From the NCBI GenBank assembly GCA_018675685.1, contig JABGXP010000014.1:81288-145287 (forward strand): a stretch of 64,000 nucleotides of DNA. Direction: 5' to 3'. Origin of the DNA: a bacterium (lineage in GTDB: Bacteria > Patescibacteriota > Minisyncoccia > Moranbacterales > DUUL01). Below the pieces are notes generated by a model, which was not told where the DNA came from, did not search any database, and worked only from the letters and a program-made list of their open reading frames with translations. Positions 56,644-64,000 of this stretch are shown here, one piece after another; position 1 is the stretch's first letter; every line of letters starts with the position of its first letter. A program made the position numbers and the translations under genes.

Positions 56644-57225
56644 TTTTTCTTGTTAAATTTTTATACTAAATTTCTCCCTCTAGCAATTTAGTTAGTTTGG
56701 TTTAAGCTCTAATAGTTTAAACCAGAGAACCGTGCACAAATGTTTTTGGGTAGCTTATTCCTTCCTAGTGTTAATATTTAGTGTTTTATCTTAAACTTTG
56801 TTCATTTAACTAGATTTAAGGTAACAAAAAAATCAGAAACTTTTTGCTCCGTTGTTTTTTAGGGTTTTTTGATTTTGTTTTTCTTTCTTTTCAGGAATGC
56901 TCTTTCCATATCTGTTATTTAATCATTTAACAAAAATAATAAACAGACTCTTTCACAAACTAGCAACCAGGACCCCTCTTTTAATAACGAGTATAGCAAG
57001 TCATTTTCAAACGTCAAATGGGATTAAACTTATAACCCTGTTTTTAGGGCAAAAAACAGGGGGATTCCTTTTTCCGAAAAAATGTTAAATCTAATTGACA
57101 TTTCCTGGTATTTATGTTCAAATTAATGAGCAGAAAATTATCTGGTAACAGTTTTTTTACAAAAAGCACGAAAAAGCAGTTAAACAAAAAACCTAGACTA
57201 GGCTATTTCCAAAGGAGAAAGGTTC

Positions 57226-57741
57226 ATGAAAAATAGAAGAGAAGAAAGAAGATTGTTGAGAGAAGAAGGTCTCCCAATTGAAAGAATGAGAATCATCGAC
57301 ACAGCAGAGACGTTGGATTTGCAAATCAAAGAATTTCTGGGTTGTCATGTATCCGTGAGTGGTTGTGGTTCTTCGAAAGAGCAGACACTGGATCTCTCAT
57401 TGGTGAGAGAGTTTGTCGGAGCAATTCCGGTTGCCAACGTTTTGTTCGAAGCACCTCGCTTTGCATGGACCAATGAGGAAGATGATATTCCTGTCAGGGC
57501 GATTGTTCTGGAAGTTTTGGCTGGTAGCAAAGGAGATGACCTTCTGAATGGCATTTTCGATGATGTTGGCATGATCTTTGAGGATATTCGTTTTTTGAAC
57601 TTTCTCTCAGTTATCCAAGCGACGTTGTCGCCAGTGTTTCCAGTTTGTGAGCTGGAGGTTTTGCTGAAAATGATTAATGATTTCAAAAAAAGTCCGGTGA
57701 TCCAAAAATCAGACATGGGGGATGAAAATATCAATGAATAG
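57226..57741 (+). CDS. hypothetical protein (171 aa), orphan locus gene 1
   Basis: AAGGAGA lies 7 nt upstream of the ATG and the gene has its own terminator. No recognisable motif. Confidence 0.5.
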   Translation: MKNRREERRLLREEGLPIERMRIIDTAETLDLQIKEFLGCHVSVSGCGSSKEQTLDLSLVREFVGAIPVANVLFEAPRFAWTNEEDDIPVRAIVLEVLAGSKGDDLLNGIFDDVGMIFEDIRFLNFLSVIQATLSPVFPVCELEVLLKMINDFKKSPVIQKSDMGDENINE

Positions 57742-57781
57742 CTCCTTTTGTCGAATAGTTCGTTCTATTGAATGTTTGCGA

Positions 57782-57818
57782 GGTGTCTAGTGGAAAATTC
57801 CGCTGGACACCTTTTTTT
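57782..57818 (+). terminator. rho-independent terminator after orphan gene 1
   Basis: ggtgtctag (57782-57790) / ctggacacc (57803-57811) with one mismatch, followed by ttttttt (57812-57818). Confidence 0.65.
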
Positions 57819-57840
57819 GAATAATTTTTGTCGATTTTCA

Positions 57841-57869
57841 TTGACAAAAGTAACAAAATCATGTATGGT
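57841..57869 (+). promoter_or_regulatory. putative promoter of orphan genes 2-4
   Basis: TTGACA (57841-57846), 17-nt spacer, TATGGT (57864-57869). Confidence 0.45.
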
Positions 57870-57971
57870 TATTGGAATGATCCAAATCTCTTTTGAGTCA
57901 AGGTCATTTGCTAGTTCTTCGTCAATTTGGAATTTTAGAAAAAAACTTTTTAATTTTTTTGGAGGTAAGTC

Positions 57972-58367
57972 TTGAAAGAAGAGCATGGAAGGATAAATGT
58001 TTTAATCGTGGATAGCGAGGAAGATGATGCTATAATTCTCGATATCAGAAAGTTGATCATCAATTTACATCAAAAACAAGGGAGCAAAAAAGAGCTAGCT
58101 ATTAGCTTAATTGATAGCCAAGTGAATCTTTTTGCACATCATTTAGAGTTTGATTTTCAAATTGTTATTCTGTTAAACAACAATGAAAAAAGCGATTTGA
58201 TTTTTCAATATCTAAATGGGTTTTTTTCTGGCAAGGCAAAGTTTATTGTCATTGGCCCTGAAATTGAAACTGCGGCTAAGCACGCGAAGTTTGAAGGTGC
58301 TTGGGTTGTTTCAAACACCTTTAATGAAGTGATCCCACAGTTCGAAACATTGATGGGAGAGAAGTAG
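57972..58367 (+). CDS. degenerate response-regulator-receiver-like protein (131 aa), orphan locus gene 2
   Basis: TTG start with GGAGG 6 nt upstream. The layout INVLIVDSEEDD ... FQIVILLNNNE ... KFIVIGPE ... GAWVVSNTF parallels the REC strands b1, b3, b4 and b5. The acidic pair is altered and the phospho-acceptor Asp position reads N. Confidence 0.45.
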   Translation: MKEEHGRINVLIVDSEEDDAIILDIRKLIINLHQKQGSKKELAISLIDSQVNLFAHHLEFDFQIVILLNNNEKSDLIFQYLNGFFSGKAKFIVIGPEIETAAKHAKFEGAWVVSNTFNEVIPQFETLMGEK

Positions 58368-58376
58368 TTTAAACGG

Positions 58377-58389
58377 TCAATCAGCAAAG
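58377..58389 (+). repeat. leader motif copy 1: TCAATCAGCAAAG (preceded by TTTAAAC)
   Basis: Identical 13-mer to 58630-58642. It lies 37 nt upstream of the ATG at 58427 and is followed by the hairpin agtaaac-tgcaaag-gtttact. Confidence 0.6.
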
Positions 58390-58426
58390 TAAACTGCAAA
58401 GGTTTACTGAAGATGGGGAGGATGCT

Positions 58427-58603
58427 ATGGACAGATATCTTGACCCAGAAATACGACAAAGGCGCAGAAACAAACTAGTAAGTGGCAAGTGCACTGTTTG
58501 TTCAAATGACGCTGCAATTCCTTGGAAGCAACATCAATATTGTTACGACTGCTGGGTAATTGCAGAGGTTTATTTCATGAAAGAACTGCGGAATGAAAAA
58601 TAA
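58427..58603 (+). CDS. small zinc-ribbon protein (58 aa, below the ORF-track cutoff), orphan locus gene 3
   Basis: My own translation: MDRYLDPEIRQRRRNKLVSGKCTVCSNDAAIPWKQHQYCYDCWVIAEVYFMKELRNEK. GGAGG lies 6 nt upstream of the ATG. It has two CxxC pairs and a TAA stop at 58601-58603. Confidence 0.45.
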   Translation: MDRYLDPEIRQRRRNKLVSGKCTVCSNDAAIPWKQHQYCYDCWVIAEVYFMKELRNEK

Positions 58604-58629
58604 GGAGAGCGAAAGATTAATTTAACCTA

Positions 58630-58642
58630 TCAATCAGCAAAG
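58630..58642 (+). repeat. leader motif copy 2: TCAATCAGCAAAG (preceded by TTTAAC)
   Basis: Identical 13-mer, 11 nt upstream of the ATG at 58654. It runs into the GGTGG Shine-Dalgarno-like sequence. Confidence 0.6.
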
Positions 58643-58653
58643 GTGGTAAGAAG

Positions 58654-59619
58654 ATGGAGAAAAGAAAAAAAGGAGATAAAAAACCAGAGAATGTAAGAAT
58701 CATTTTTGTTTCTGCTGTCTGCGGAAAAGAACCAGAGCTCATGACCAGTTTTCTTGAAGAGTTTGATTCTTTCGCGAAGAAGCAGGACAAAAAAACTTTT
58801 GTCTTGATTTTCTGCGGAAAAGCAAGCGACCCAAGCAAGCTTTTGCGAAAGGCTGACATTCTGGTAACTGATCCCGTGATCACTTGGGGTGGAAGAAAGA
58901 CATTCCTTCCTCAGCTAGGTTCTGCCAACGATGAGCGCGAGAATGGAAAACGCAGAATCATTATCGTTCTTCCAAGAAAGAAGGATGAAAGAAATAAATT
59001 CTTTGCTGACCCCCGGTGTTTTGCAAAGACATTGATGCCAAATGTGGAGCATCCTCGGAAAGTTGAAAAAATCTCGCATATTCCTTTGAATGGCAAGACT
59101 CTGGAAAAAATCGAAGATGAAGTCATTTTCGAACTACCAGAACATTGTTCAGCCCCGAGAGTGATGATCGCACTTTCTAATTCTTTTGAAATGATTGAAG
59201 CGAAAAAACTGAAGGAGACAATTGAGGCACAATTTGCCCTTGAGGTGATGGTGGTTCCTTGGAAAAGCTTCCGAGCTTCAATGGCCGCCGAAGCGGATGT
59301 TTTGATTACTAGCACTGTTCAACAGCTCGATAGACTCCCAACACCTGCAAGAGTTCCCACTAATAGGCACAATGGTAGAAACAACAAGTTTGTCGAATCA
59401 AAAGTTCACACCTATCAAAACTTGGCGCATGTTGACATGTCCAAGAAGGCTAATCCAGCCCTGCAGGTTGTTCTTTTGGGAAGGGAAGTGACAGCGTTCA
59501 TTGTTCGTTATGCGGACATCCTATCCGGCTTCTTAGAGTTTCCGCCAACAAAGGCTTCTTTGTCAGCAGCTTTACAAAGAGCAGCTTTGAAAAGCGAAAA
59601 ATCAGTTCTTATCAATTAG
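58654..59619 (+). CDS. hypothetical protein (321 aa), two alpha/beta-looking halves, orphan locus gene 4
   Basis: Intact ORF. It has repeated hydrophobic-strand patterns (RIIFVSA, FVLIFCG, ADILVTD; then RVMIALS, EVMVVPW, ADVLITS). No family recognised. Confidence 0.5.
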   Translation: MEKRKKGDKKPENVRIIFVSAVCGKEPELMTSFLEEFDSFAKKQDKKTFVLIFCGKASDPSKLLRKADILVTDPVITWGGRKTFLPQLGSANDERENGKRRIIIVLPRKKDERNKFFADPRCFAKTLMPNVEHPRKVEKISHIPLNGKTLEKIEDEVIFELPEHCSAPRVMIALSNSFEMIEAKKLKETIEAQFALEVMVVPWKSFRASMAAEADVLITSTVQQLDRLPTPARVPTNRHNGRNNKFVESKVHTYQNLAHVDMSKKANPALQVVLLGREVTAFIVRYADILSGFLEFPPTKASLSAALQRAALKSEKSVLIN

Positions 59620-59686
59620 GAAAATATCAAGTACATCAGGCTTAATTCTAAAGCAAGTTCTAAAACTAAAGTTTCAAAAAATGATT

Positions 59687-59726
59687 GAGGCATGCAGGAA
59701 ATTTTTCCTTCGCATGCCTCTTTTTG
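59687..59726 (+). terminator. rho-independent terminator after the orphan operon
   Basis: gaggcatgc (59687-59695) / gcatgcctc (59712-59720), followed by tttttg. Confidence 0.75.
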
Positions 59727-59898
59727 TCAATTAAAGTTGACGTTTTAGCTAGAATATGCTAAAAAGAAATATTATACTTTTCAAAAAGAGATTACTTTTA
59801 TTTTCAATGAATATTTCGATTTGCTAGTCGCCGGGAAGCAAATTGATTTTGTAAGAAGATTTGTTAGAATGGTTTTGCATTACAAGTAATATGACTTT

Positions 59899-60507
59899 AT
59901 GGAGCTTAAAGAGTATTTAAAAGTTTTGAAGAAATACAAAACAACCTTTGTTGTCATCTGGGTTGGAGCGATTGCTTTTGGATTGATTGCAGCGTCTCTT
60001 GTTCCACAGAGATACAAAACGACTTTTTCAATTGATATCACAAGAGATACGCAGGAAGAAGGAACTCAGGAATATGACTTTGATCAATTCTATCGTTTAG
60101 AAGCAGACGATCGATTCGGCAGGACAATTGTAGAATGGTTTAGTGATGGTGCAATTGTAAACAACATTCACGCTGTCGCAAGAAGCGTGGAAGAGAATTT
60201 TGAAAATGAAGAACTCGAAACGAAATTTAAAGCAAAAAAGCTCGCAAATAGCTATTTGAGGGTTAGCTTCTTGGTTTCAGAGAAAAAAGAAGTAAAACCA
60301 CTTTTTCTGGGAGTGAAAAAAGTTCTAAATGAGAAAACCAAGGAGTTTAATGGCGGTTTCAATAAACAAAGCAGCTTTAAGCTCATTTTTAATGGACCAA
60401 CTATTGCAAATGCTACAATTCCACTTACCCCACTACTTATCAGTTTGATTGGCAGTGGTTTTTTCTTGGCAGCATTCGGGATTATGTTTAGAAAGTATCT
60501 AGAATAA
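59899..60507 (+). CDS. Wzz-like polysaccharide chain-length determinant / co-polymerase family protein (short)
   Basis: N-terminus LKEYLKVLKKYKTTFVVIWVGAIAFGLIAASLVPQRY is typical of the Wzz N-terminal domain. A second TM sits at the C-terminus. Glycosyltransferase genes follow. Confidence 0.5.
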   Translation: MELKEYLKVLKKYKTTFVVIWVGAIAFGLIAASLVPQRYKTTFSIDITRDTQEEGTQEYDFDQFYRLEADDRFGRTIVEWFSDGAIVNNIHAVARSVEENFENEELETKFKAKKLANSYLRVSFLVSEKKEVKPLFLGVKKVLNEKTKEFNGGFNKQSSFKLIFNGPTIANATIPLTPLLISLIGSGFFLAAFGIMFRKYLE

Positions 60508-60515
60508 GAATCATT

Positions 60516-61664
60516 ATGAAAATAGGGATTGATATTAGATGTTTAGCAGAAGGGAATCGAACTGGTGTTGAGGAATACACGATTAGCTTTTTGAAGCGTC
60601 TTTTTGAGCAGGATTCGAAGAACGAATACCTGCTTTTTATTAACTCTTTTAAGAAAGTTAAAGAAGACCTTTCCTGGTTAGAGGAGTATCCAAACGTTGA
60701 AATGAGAAACTTTGGTTTTCCTAATAAACTTTTAAACTTTGCAATGTGGTTTTTGCGTTGGCCAAAAATTGACCTTTTGCTTGGAGGAGTTGACCTTTTT
60801 TTTGCACCAAACATTTCTTTCATAGCTCTTTCTGATAAATGTAAGTTCACTCTCACTGTTCACGATCTTTCATTTGAAAGATTCCCCGAACACTTTTCCG
60901 CTAAAAGAAGATTATGGCACTATGTTGTGAATCCAAGATTGCTTTGCAAGAGAGCTGACAAGATCTTAGCTGTATCAAATTCAACAAAAGATGACCTGAC
61001 GATGCTTTATCGAATCAGTGAAAGTAAAATAGAAGTAGCTTATCCTCGTTTGGAGACTAAAAATTTCACAGAACCCAATATTTCTGGAGACAAAACAATG
61101 AGAATGATCAGAGATTATAGCTTGCCTGATGAATTTGTCTTGTATTTAGGAACAATTGAGCCAAGGAAAAACATTATCTCACTTGTAAAAGCATTTGAGC
61201 ATTTGAAAAAAAGCGGCAAAGTATATAAAAACTTAAAACTGGTGATTGCGGGAAGAGTTGGGTGGTCGTATGAAAGAATAATTAAGGCCGTGGAATCAAG
61301 CCCTAATAAAAAAGATATTCTGTTTACTGGCTTTGTGCATGACTCTGATAAAGCTATTTTATATAAATTAGCAAAGGTTTTTGTCTATCCATCTTTCTTT
61401 GAAGGCTTTGGTTTTCCTCCGGTAGAGGCAATGGCAAGTGGTGTTCCTGTGATTACTTCAAATTGTTCTTCTATCCCAGAGGTCGTGCAAGATGCCGCAG
61501 TATTAATTGATCCATATCGGCCAGCTGAAATTTCACTAGCGATCAAACTTCTTTTGGAGGACAAAATATTGTATAATGATTTTATCAAGAAAGGAAGAAT
61601 GCACGTTGAAAAAATTGAAAAGCGATATTTGGAAGAGAATATTCTTTCTTATCTCAAGATATAG
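60516..61664 (+). CDS. glycosyltransferase family 4 (GT-B, GT1-type)
   Basis: The EX7E region reads FVYPSFFEGFGFPPVEAMASGVPVITSN. Confidence 0.85.
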   Translation: MKIGIDIRCLAEGNRTGVEEYTISFLKRLFEQDSKNEYLLFINSFKKVKEDLSWLEEYPNVEMRNFGFPNKLLNFAMWFLRWPKIDLLLGGVDLFFAPNISFIALSDKCKFTLTVHDLSFERFPEHFSAKRRLWHYVVNPRLLCKRADKILAVSNSTKDDLTMLYRISESKIEVAYPRLETKNFTEPNISGDKTMRMIRDYSLPDEFVLYLGTIEPRKNIISLVKAFEHLKKSGKVYKNLKLVIAGRVGWSYERIIKAVESSPNKKDILFTGFVHDSDKAILYKLAKVFVYPSFFEGFGFPPVEAMASGVPVITSNCSSIPEVVQDAAVLIDPYRPAEISLAIKLLLEDKILYNDFIKKGRMHVEKIEKRYLEENILSYLKI

Positions 61665-61739
61665 CAATTGTTTATGGTGATGGCGAGAAAAAACTCAAGC
61701 TTGAAACAAAAGATATAAAAAAGTTAGGAAAAACAAAAG

Positions 61740-62876
61740 ATGAAAAAAATTGGAATCGATGCTCGTTTTTATGGACCAACAGGGAAGGGTCTTGGAAGGT
61801 ATGCGCAGAAACTAGTTGAATACTTGGAAATGGTTGATGGAGGGAATAAGGAACGACAATATGTTGTTTTTTTGAGGAAAGATAATTTTGATCTGTATCA
61901 ACCAAAACATGAGAACTTTACTAAGGTACTGGCTGATTTTAGCTGGTATTCTTTTGCGGAACAATTAGGGTTTCCGCTTTTTTTATATGCTCAGAAGCTT
62001 GATTTGGTGCATTTTTGTCATTTCAATGTGCCACTTTTATATTGTAAGCAATTTGTTGTTACGATTCATGATTTAATCTTATTCCACCACCCGACTGTTA
62101 GGAATACGACTTTGAATAAATATTTCTATTTTTTGAAACTATTTGCATACAGGCTGGCGATCAGAAGGGCAGCAAAAAAGGCAAGGAAGATTATTGCAGT
62201 TTCGGAGTTCACAAGAAGCGATATTGTAGCCAATCTTGGTGTTACTAAAGAGCAAGTTGAAATGACCTATGAAGGCTGTGAATACCAATGTTTTTTGAAC
62301 AGTAAATGCGATGATGATGTTTTAACAAAGTATGGTATAATGAAACCATATCTGCTTTATGTCGGCAATGCTTATCCACACAAGAATCTAGAGAGACTAG
62401 TGGCGGTGTTTAGCAGACTTAGAAATAAAAATGATAAACTCCAATTAGTACTTGTTGGAGGAAAGGATTTTTTCTATGAAAATTTGGAAAAATTTGTTTT
62501 TGATGGGGGGTATGAGGGAATAATTTTCCCTGGCTATGTTCCAGATCGAGAACTTGATGTTTTGTATAAAAGAGCAGAACTCTATGTCTTTCCTTCTCTT
62601 TATGAAGGGTTCGGCTTACCACCACTAGAAGCTCTAGCTAAGAGCACAATGGTAGTCTCATCTTGCAGGACTTCTATGCCAGAAATTTTGCAAGACGCTG
62701 TTAGTTATTTTGACCCAGAAGATCTCGATTCAATGGAAAAATCAATTTTATTTGCCTTAGAAAACAAGCCCCCAAAAAAGGAGCTTCCCAAAAAAGCAAT
62801 TAAGGTTTTGGCAAAATTTTCTTGGAGAAAGATGGCGGAAGAGACATTAGATATATATAAAAAAGTTTTAAGGTAG
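61740..62876 (+). CDS. glycosyltransferase family 4 (GT-B)
   Basis: YVFPSLYEGFGLPPLEALAKSTMVVSS. Overall paralogous to the preceding gene. Confidence 0.85.
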   Translation: MKKIGIDARFYGPTGKGLGRYAQKLVEYLEMVDGGNKERQYVVFLRKDNFDLYQPKHENFTKVLADFSWYSFAEQLGFPLFLYAQKLDLVHFCHFNVPLLYCKQFVVTIHDLILFHHPTVRNTTLNKYFYFLKLFAYRLAIRRAAKKARKIIAVSEFTRSDIVANLGVTKEQVEMTYEGCEYQCFLNSKCDDDVLTKYGIMKPYLLYVGNAYPHKNLERLVAVFSRLRNKNDKLQLVLVGGKDFFYENLEKFVFDGGYEGIIFPGYVPDRELDVLYKRAELYVFPSLYEGFGLPPLEALAKSTMVVSSCRTSMPEILQDAVSYFDPEDLDSMEKSILFALENKPPKKELPKKAIKVLAKFSWRKMAEETLDIYKKVLR

Positions 62877-62895
62877 CACAGTTTTTAAAATAAAA

Positions 62896-64000
62896 ATGAG
62901 CAAAATTCTAGATCATAGAACTAGCAAAACATACGATATTAAACCCGTTGACAAAAGGGGTAATCTTGACGAAGAAAAATTAAGAGAAGGGGAAGACTTG
63001 GTGCAACTCAGGGATCTAGAAAGAGAAGGGAAGAGTGCTCAAATGCTCAAAAAATTTGAAGAAGAAAAAGAGAGGGTCTCGCAAGACAGACTCATTTTTG
63101 ATATTGGAATTAAAGCTGAAGCTTTGGAAGTGGAAACACAAGGACAAGAAGAGAGACTGATAGAAAACCAAATAGCAGAAGATCAAATAGACCAAAAAGA
63201 AAAGGAAAAGGAAGATATTTCTGTTTTTGAATCGCCGCAACCACAAATAGAAAGAGAAGAAGACGGTATTGAAAATGTTGATGGCTTTGAAGTTGCTGAA
63301 GATGAATCTCCTGAAGATGTTCTAAAAAAATTCAAAGAAACCTTCGAGGAAAAAGATCAATCTGAAGAGGTTCTTTCTGATATCCAAATACAAGAAGAAG
63401 TGTCGATTCCAAAGAGAACTATTGAAGAGGTTCGCTTTGAAGAATCTGAAGAGAGAGAAGTAGAAGAAACGGAAACAGGTCTTGTGAGTGAAGAAGTTTT
63501 GCAGAATGAAGTTGAACATGAGAATTATGTTATTTTTGAGGGTAACCGTGCATTTACGCCAGAAGAAAGACCTGAAATTAAGGTTTTAAAGATTCAAATT
63601 TCGGGATTGCAGAAATTTGAAAAGAAACAAGAACAAGAACAAGAACAAGAACTCAATGGACAGCTTAAAGAGGAGAGAAGTCTAGATTGTAAACTAGAAA
63701 AGACAAGAAAGAGACAAGAAAACGCAGAACTCTTGGATCAATGGATGTCGGAGGATAAGAAAGAACAAGAGGGAATTGTAGAAGAGCAAAGATTAATAAG
63801 CGAAGAGTCGCAAGCAAGAGCTATTTTAATAGAGCAAAACAGGAAGGATGCCGAGGAAAGAAAGGAGGCAAAAAGAGAGCGAGAAGAAAAATTGGAGCTA
63901 GAAAAACAAGAAAAGGCCCAAGAGAGAGCTATTTTAATAGAGCGAAATAGGAAGGATGCCGAAGAAAGAAAAGAGGCAAAAAGAGAACAAGAGGAGAGAT
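62896..64000 (+). CDS. E/K/Q-rich repeat protein, 3' end outside window
   Basis: ATG at 62896. I translated the frame by hand and it is open to base 64000, so the gene is missing from the ORF track because it has no stop. Composition is low-complexity acidic/basic, with a (QE)n stretch and 36-aa tandem repeats at the end. Confidence 0.55.
   Translation, partial: MSKILDHRTSKTYDIKPVDKRGNLDEEKLREGEDLVQLRDLEREGKSAQMLKKFEEEKERVSQDRLIFDIGIKAEALEVETQGQEERLIENQIAEDQIDQKEKEKEDISVFESPQPQIEREEDGIENVDGFEVAEDESPEDVLKKFKETFEEKDQSEEVLSDIQIQEEVSIPKRTIEEVRFEESEEREVEETETGLVSEEVLQNEVEHENYVIFEGNRAFTPEERPEIKVLKIQISGLQKFEKKQEQEQEQELNGQLKEERSLDCKLEKTRKRQENAELLDQWMSEDKKEQEGIVEEQRLISEESQARAILIEQNRKDAEERKEAKREREEKLELEKQEKAQERAILIERNRKDAEERKEAKREQEER
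63628..63651 (+). repeat. hexanucleotide microsatellite (CAAGAA)x4 inside the repeat-protein gene
   Basis: caagaacaagaacaagaacaagaa encodes QEQEQEQE. Confidence 0.8.
63817..64000 (+). repeat. 108-nt (36-aa) coding tandem repeat, at least 1.7 copies, truncated by window end
   Basis: agagctattttaatagagc[a/g]aa[a/t]aggaaggatgccga[g/a]gaaagaaa[g/a]gaggcaaaaagaga... occurs at 63817 and again at 63925. The peptide is RAILIE(Q/R)NRKDAEERKEAKRE. Confidence 0.8.

Noticed and set aside
56897-57088. 63-aa ORF in the long spacer upstream of the fibre operon
   Set aside because: It has no Shine-Dalgarno sequence, no recognisable features, and it runs through a perfect 10-bp hairpin. I treat the region as non-coding until shown otherwise.
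57765-57986. 73-aa minus-strand ORF between orphan genes 1 and 2
   Set aside because: It covers the plus-strand terminator and the TTGACA/TATGGT promoter, lacks an RBS, and overlaps the start of gene 2.
57226-59619. Claiming the orphan locus (and 35.9-36.4 kb) is a horizontally acquired island on the basis of higher GC
   Set aside because: Hand counts of a few 60-nt lines gave 42-50% GC in genes 1 and 4 but 28% in gene 2. Housekeeping lines gave 38-43%. The difference is too small and too poorly sampled to assert without a proper sliding-window calculation.
63628-64000. Repeats at the window end as a possible CRISPR array
   Set aside because: They lie inside an open reading frame, are in frame (6-nt and 108-nt periods) and have no repeat-spacer architecture. 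No cas genes are present in the window.

Overview
This window reads as a gene-dense, AT-rich bacterial chromosome segment under the standard genetic code, since TGA, TAA and TAG all end long, well-conserved ORFs. I saw no rRNA, tRNA, CRISPR array, transposase or integrase. All homology calls rest on conserved motifs read by eye from the supplied translations; nothing was searched or computed. Backbone genes in order: ispH (3' fragment), rplY, an MltB-like lytic transglycosylase, a short division/cell-wall block (mraZ-rsmH-ftsL-like-ftsI-murF), and a minus-strand operon (LigB-like, priA, def, fmt, tandem rhodanese). Next come nrdR with a class III anaerobic ribonucleotide reductase, secreted thiol-redox proteins, a four-subunit pyruvate:ferredoxin oxidoreductase, and rmuC. 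The second half holds a heat-shock operon (CIRCE-hrcA, Nudix-grpE fusion, dnaK), an RND efflux pair, murG and a complete F1Fo ATP synthase operon (atpZ/I-like, B, E, F, H, A, G, D, C). The strictly anaerobic enzymes, the reduced division cluster and K/E-rich tails on housekeeping proteins suggest a small-genome, possibly Patescibacteria/CPR-like organism, but that is inference only. The accessory content is concentrated at 51.6-64 kb. It starts with a SipW-type signal peptidase operon carrying three TasA/camelysin-like proteins: one long fibre-subunit candidate, one fused to two lamin-tail domains and a long acidic tail, and one membrane-anchored. This is followed by a terminator-bounded four-gene orphan locus (degenerate receiver-like protein, 58-aa zinc ribbon absent from the ORF track, two unknowns) with a repeated leader motif, then Wzz-like and two GT4 glycosyltransferase genes and an open-ended E/K-rich repeat protein. 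Other points worth a second look: the NrdD glycyl-radical module sits on a separate 92-aa ORF behind three in-frame stops. There is a Nudix-GrpE fusion, an orphan gene broken at an A8 run, and an MraZ-box array on the mraZ promoter. A promoter-plus-terminator-bounded structured RNA candidate lies downstream of atpC, and there is an 899-aa PP2C-like/TM/propeller protein.
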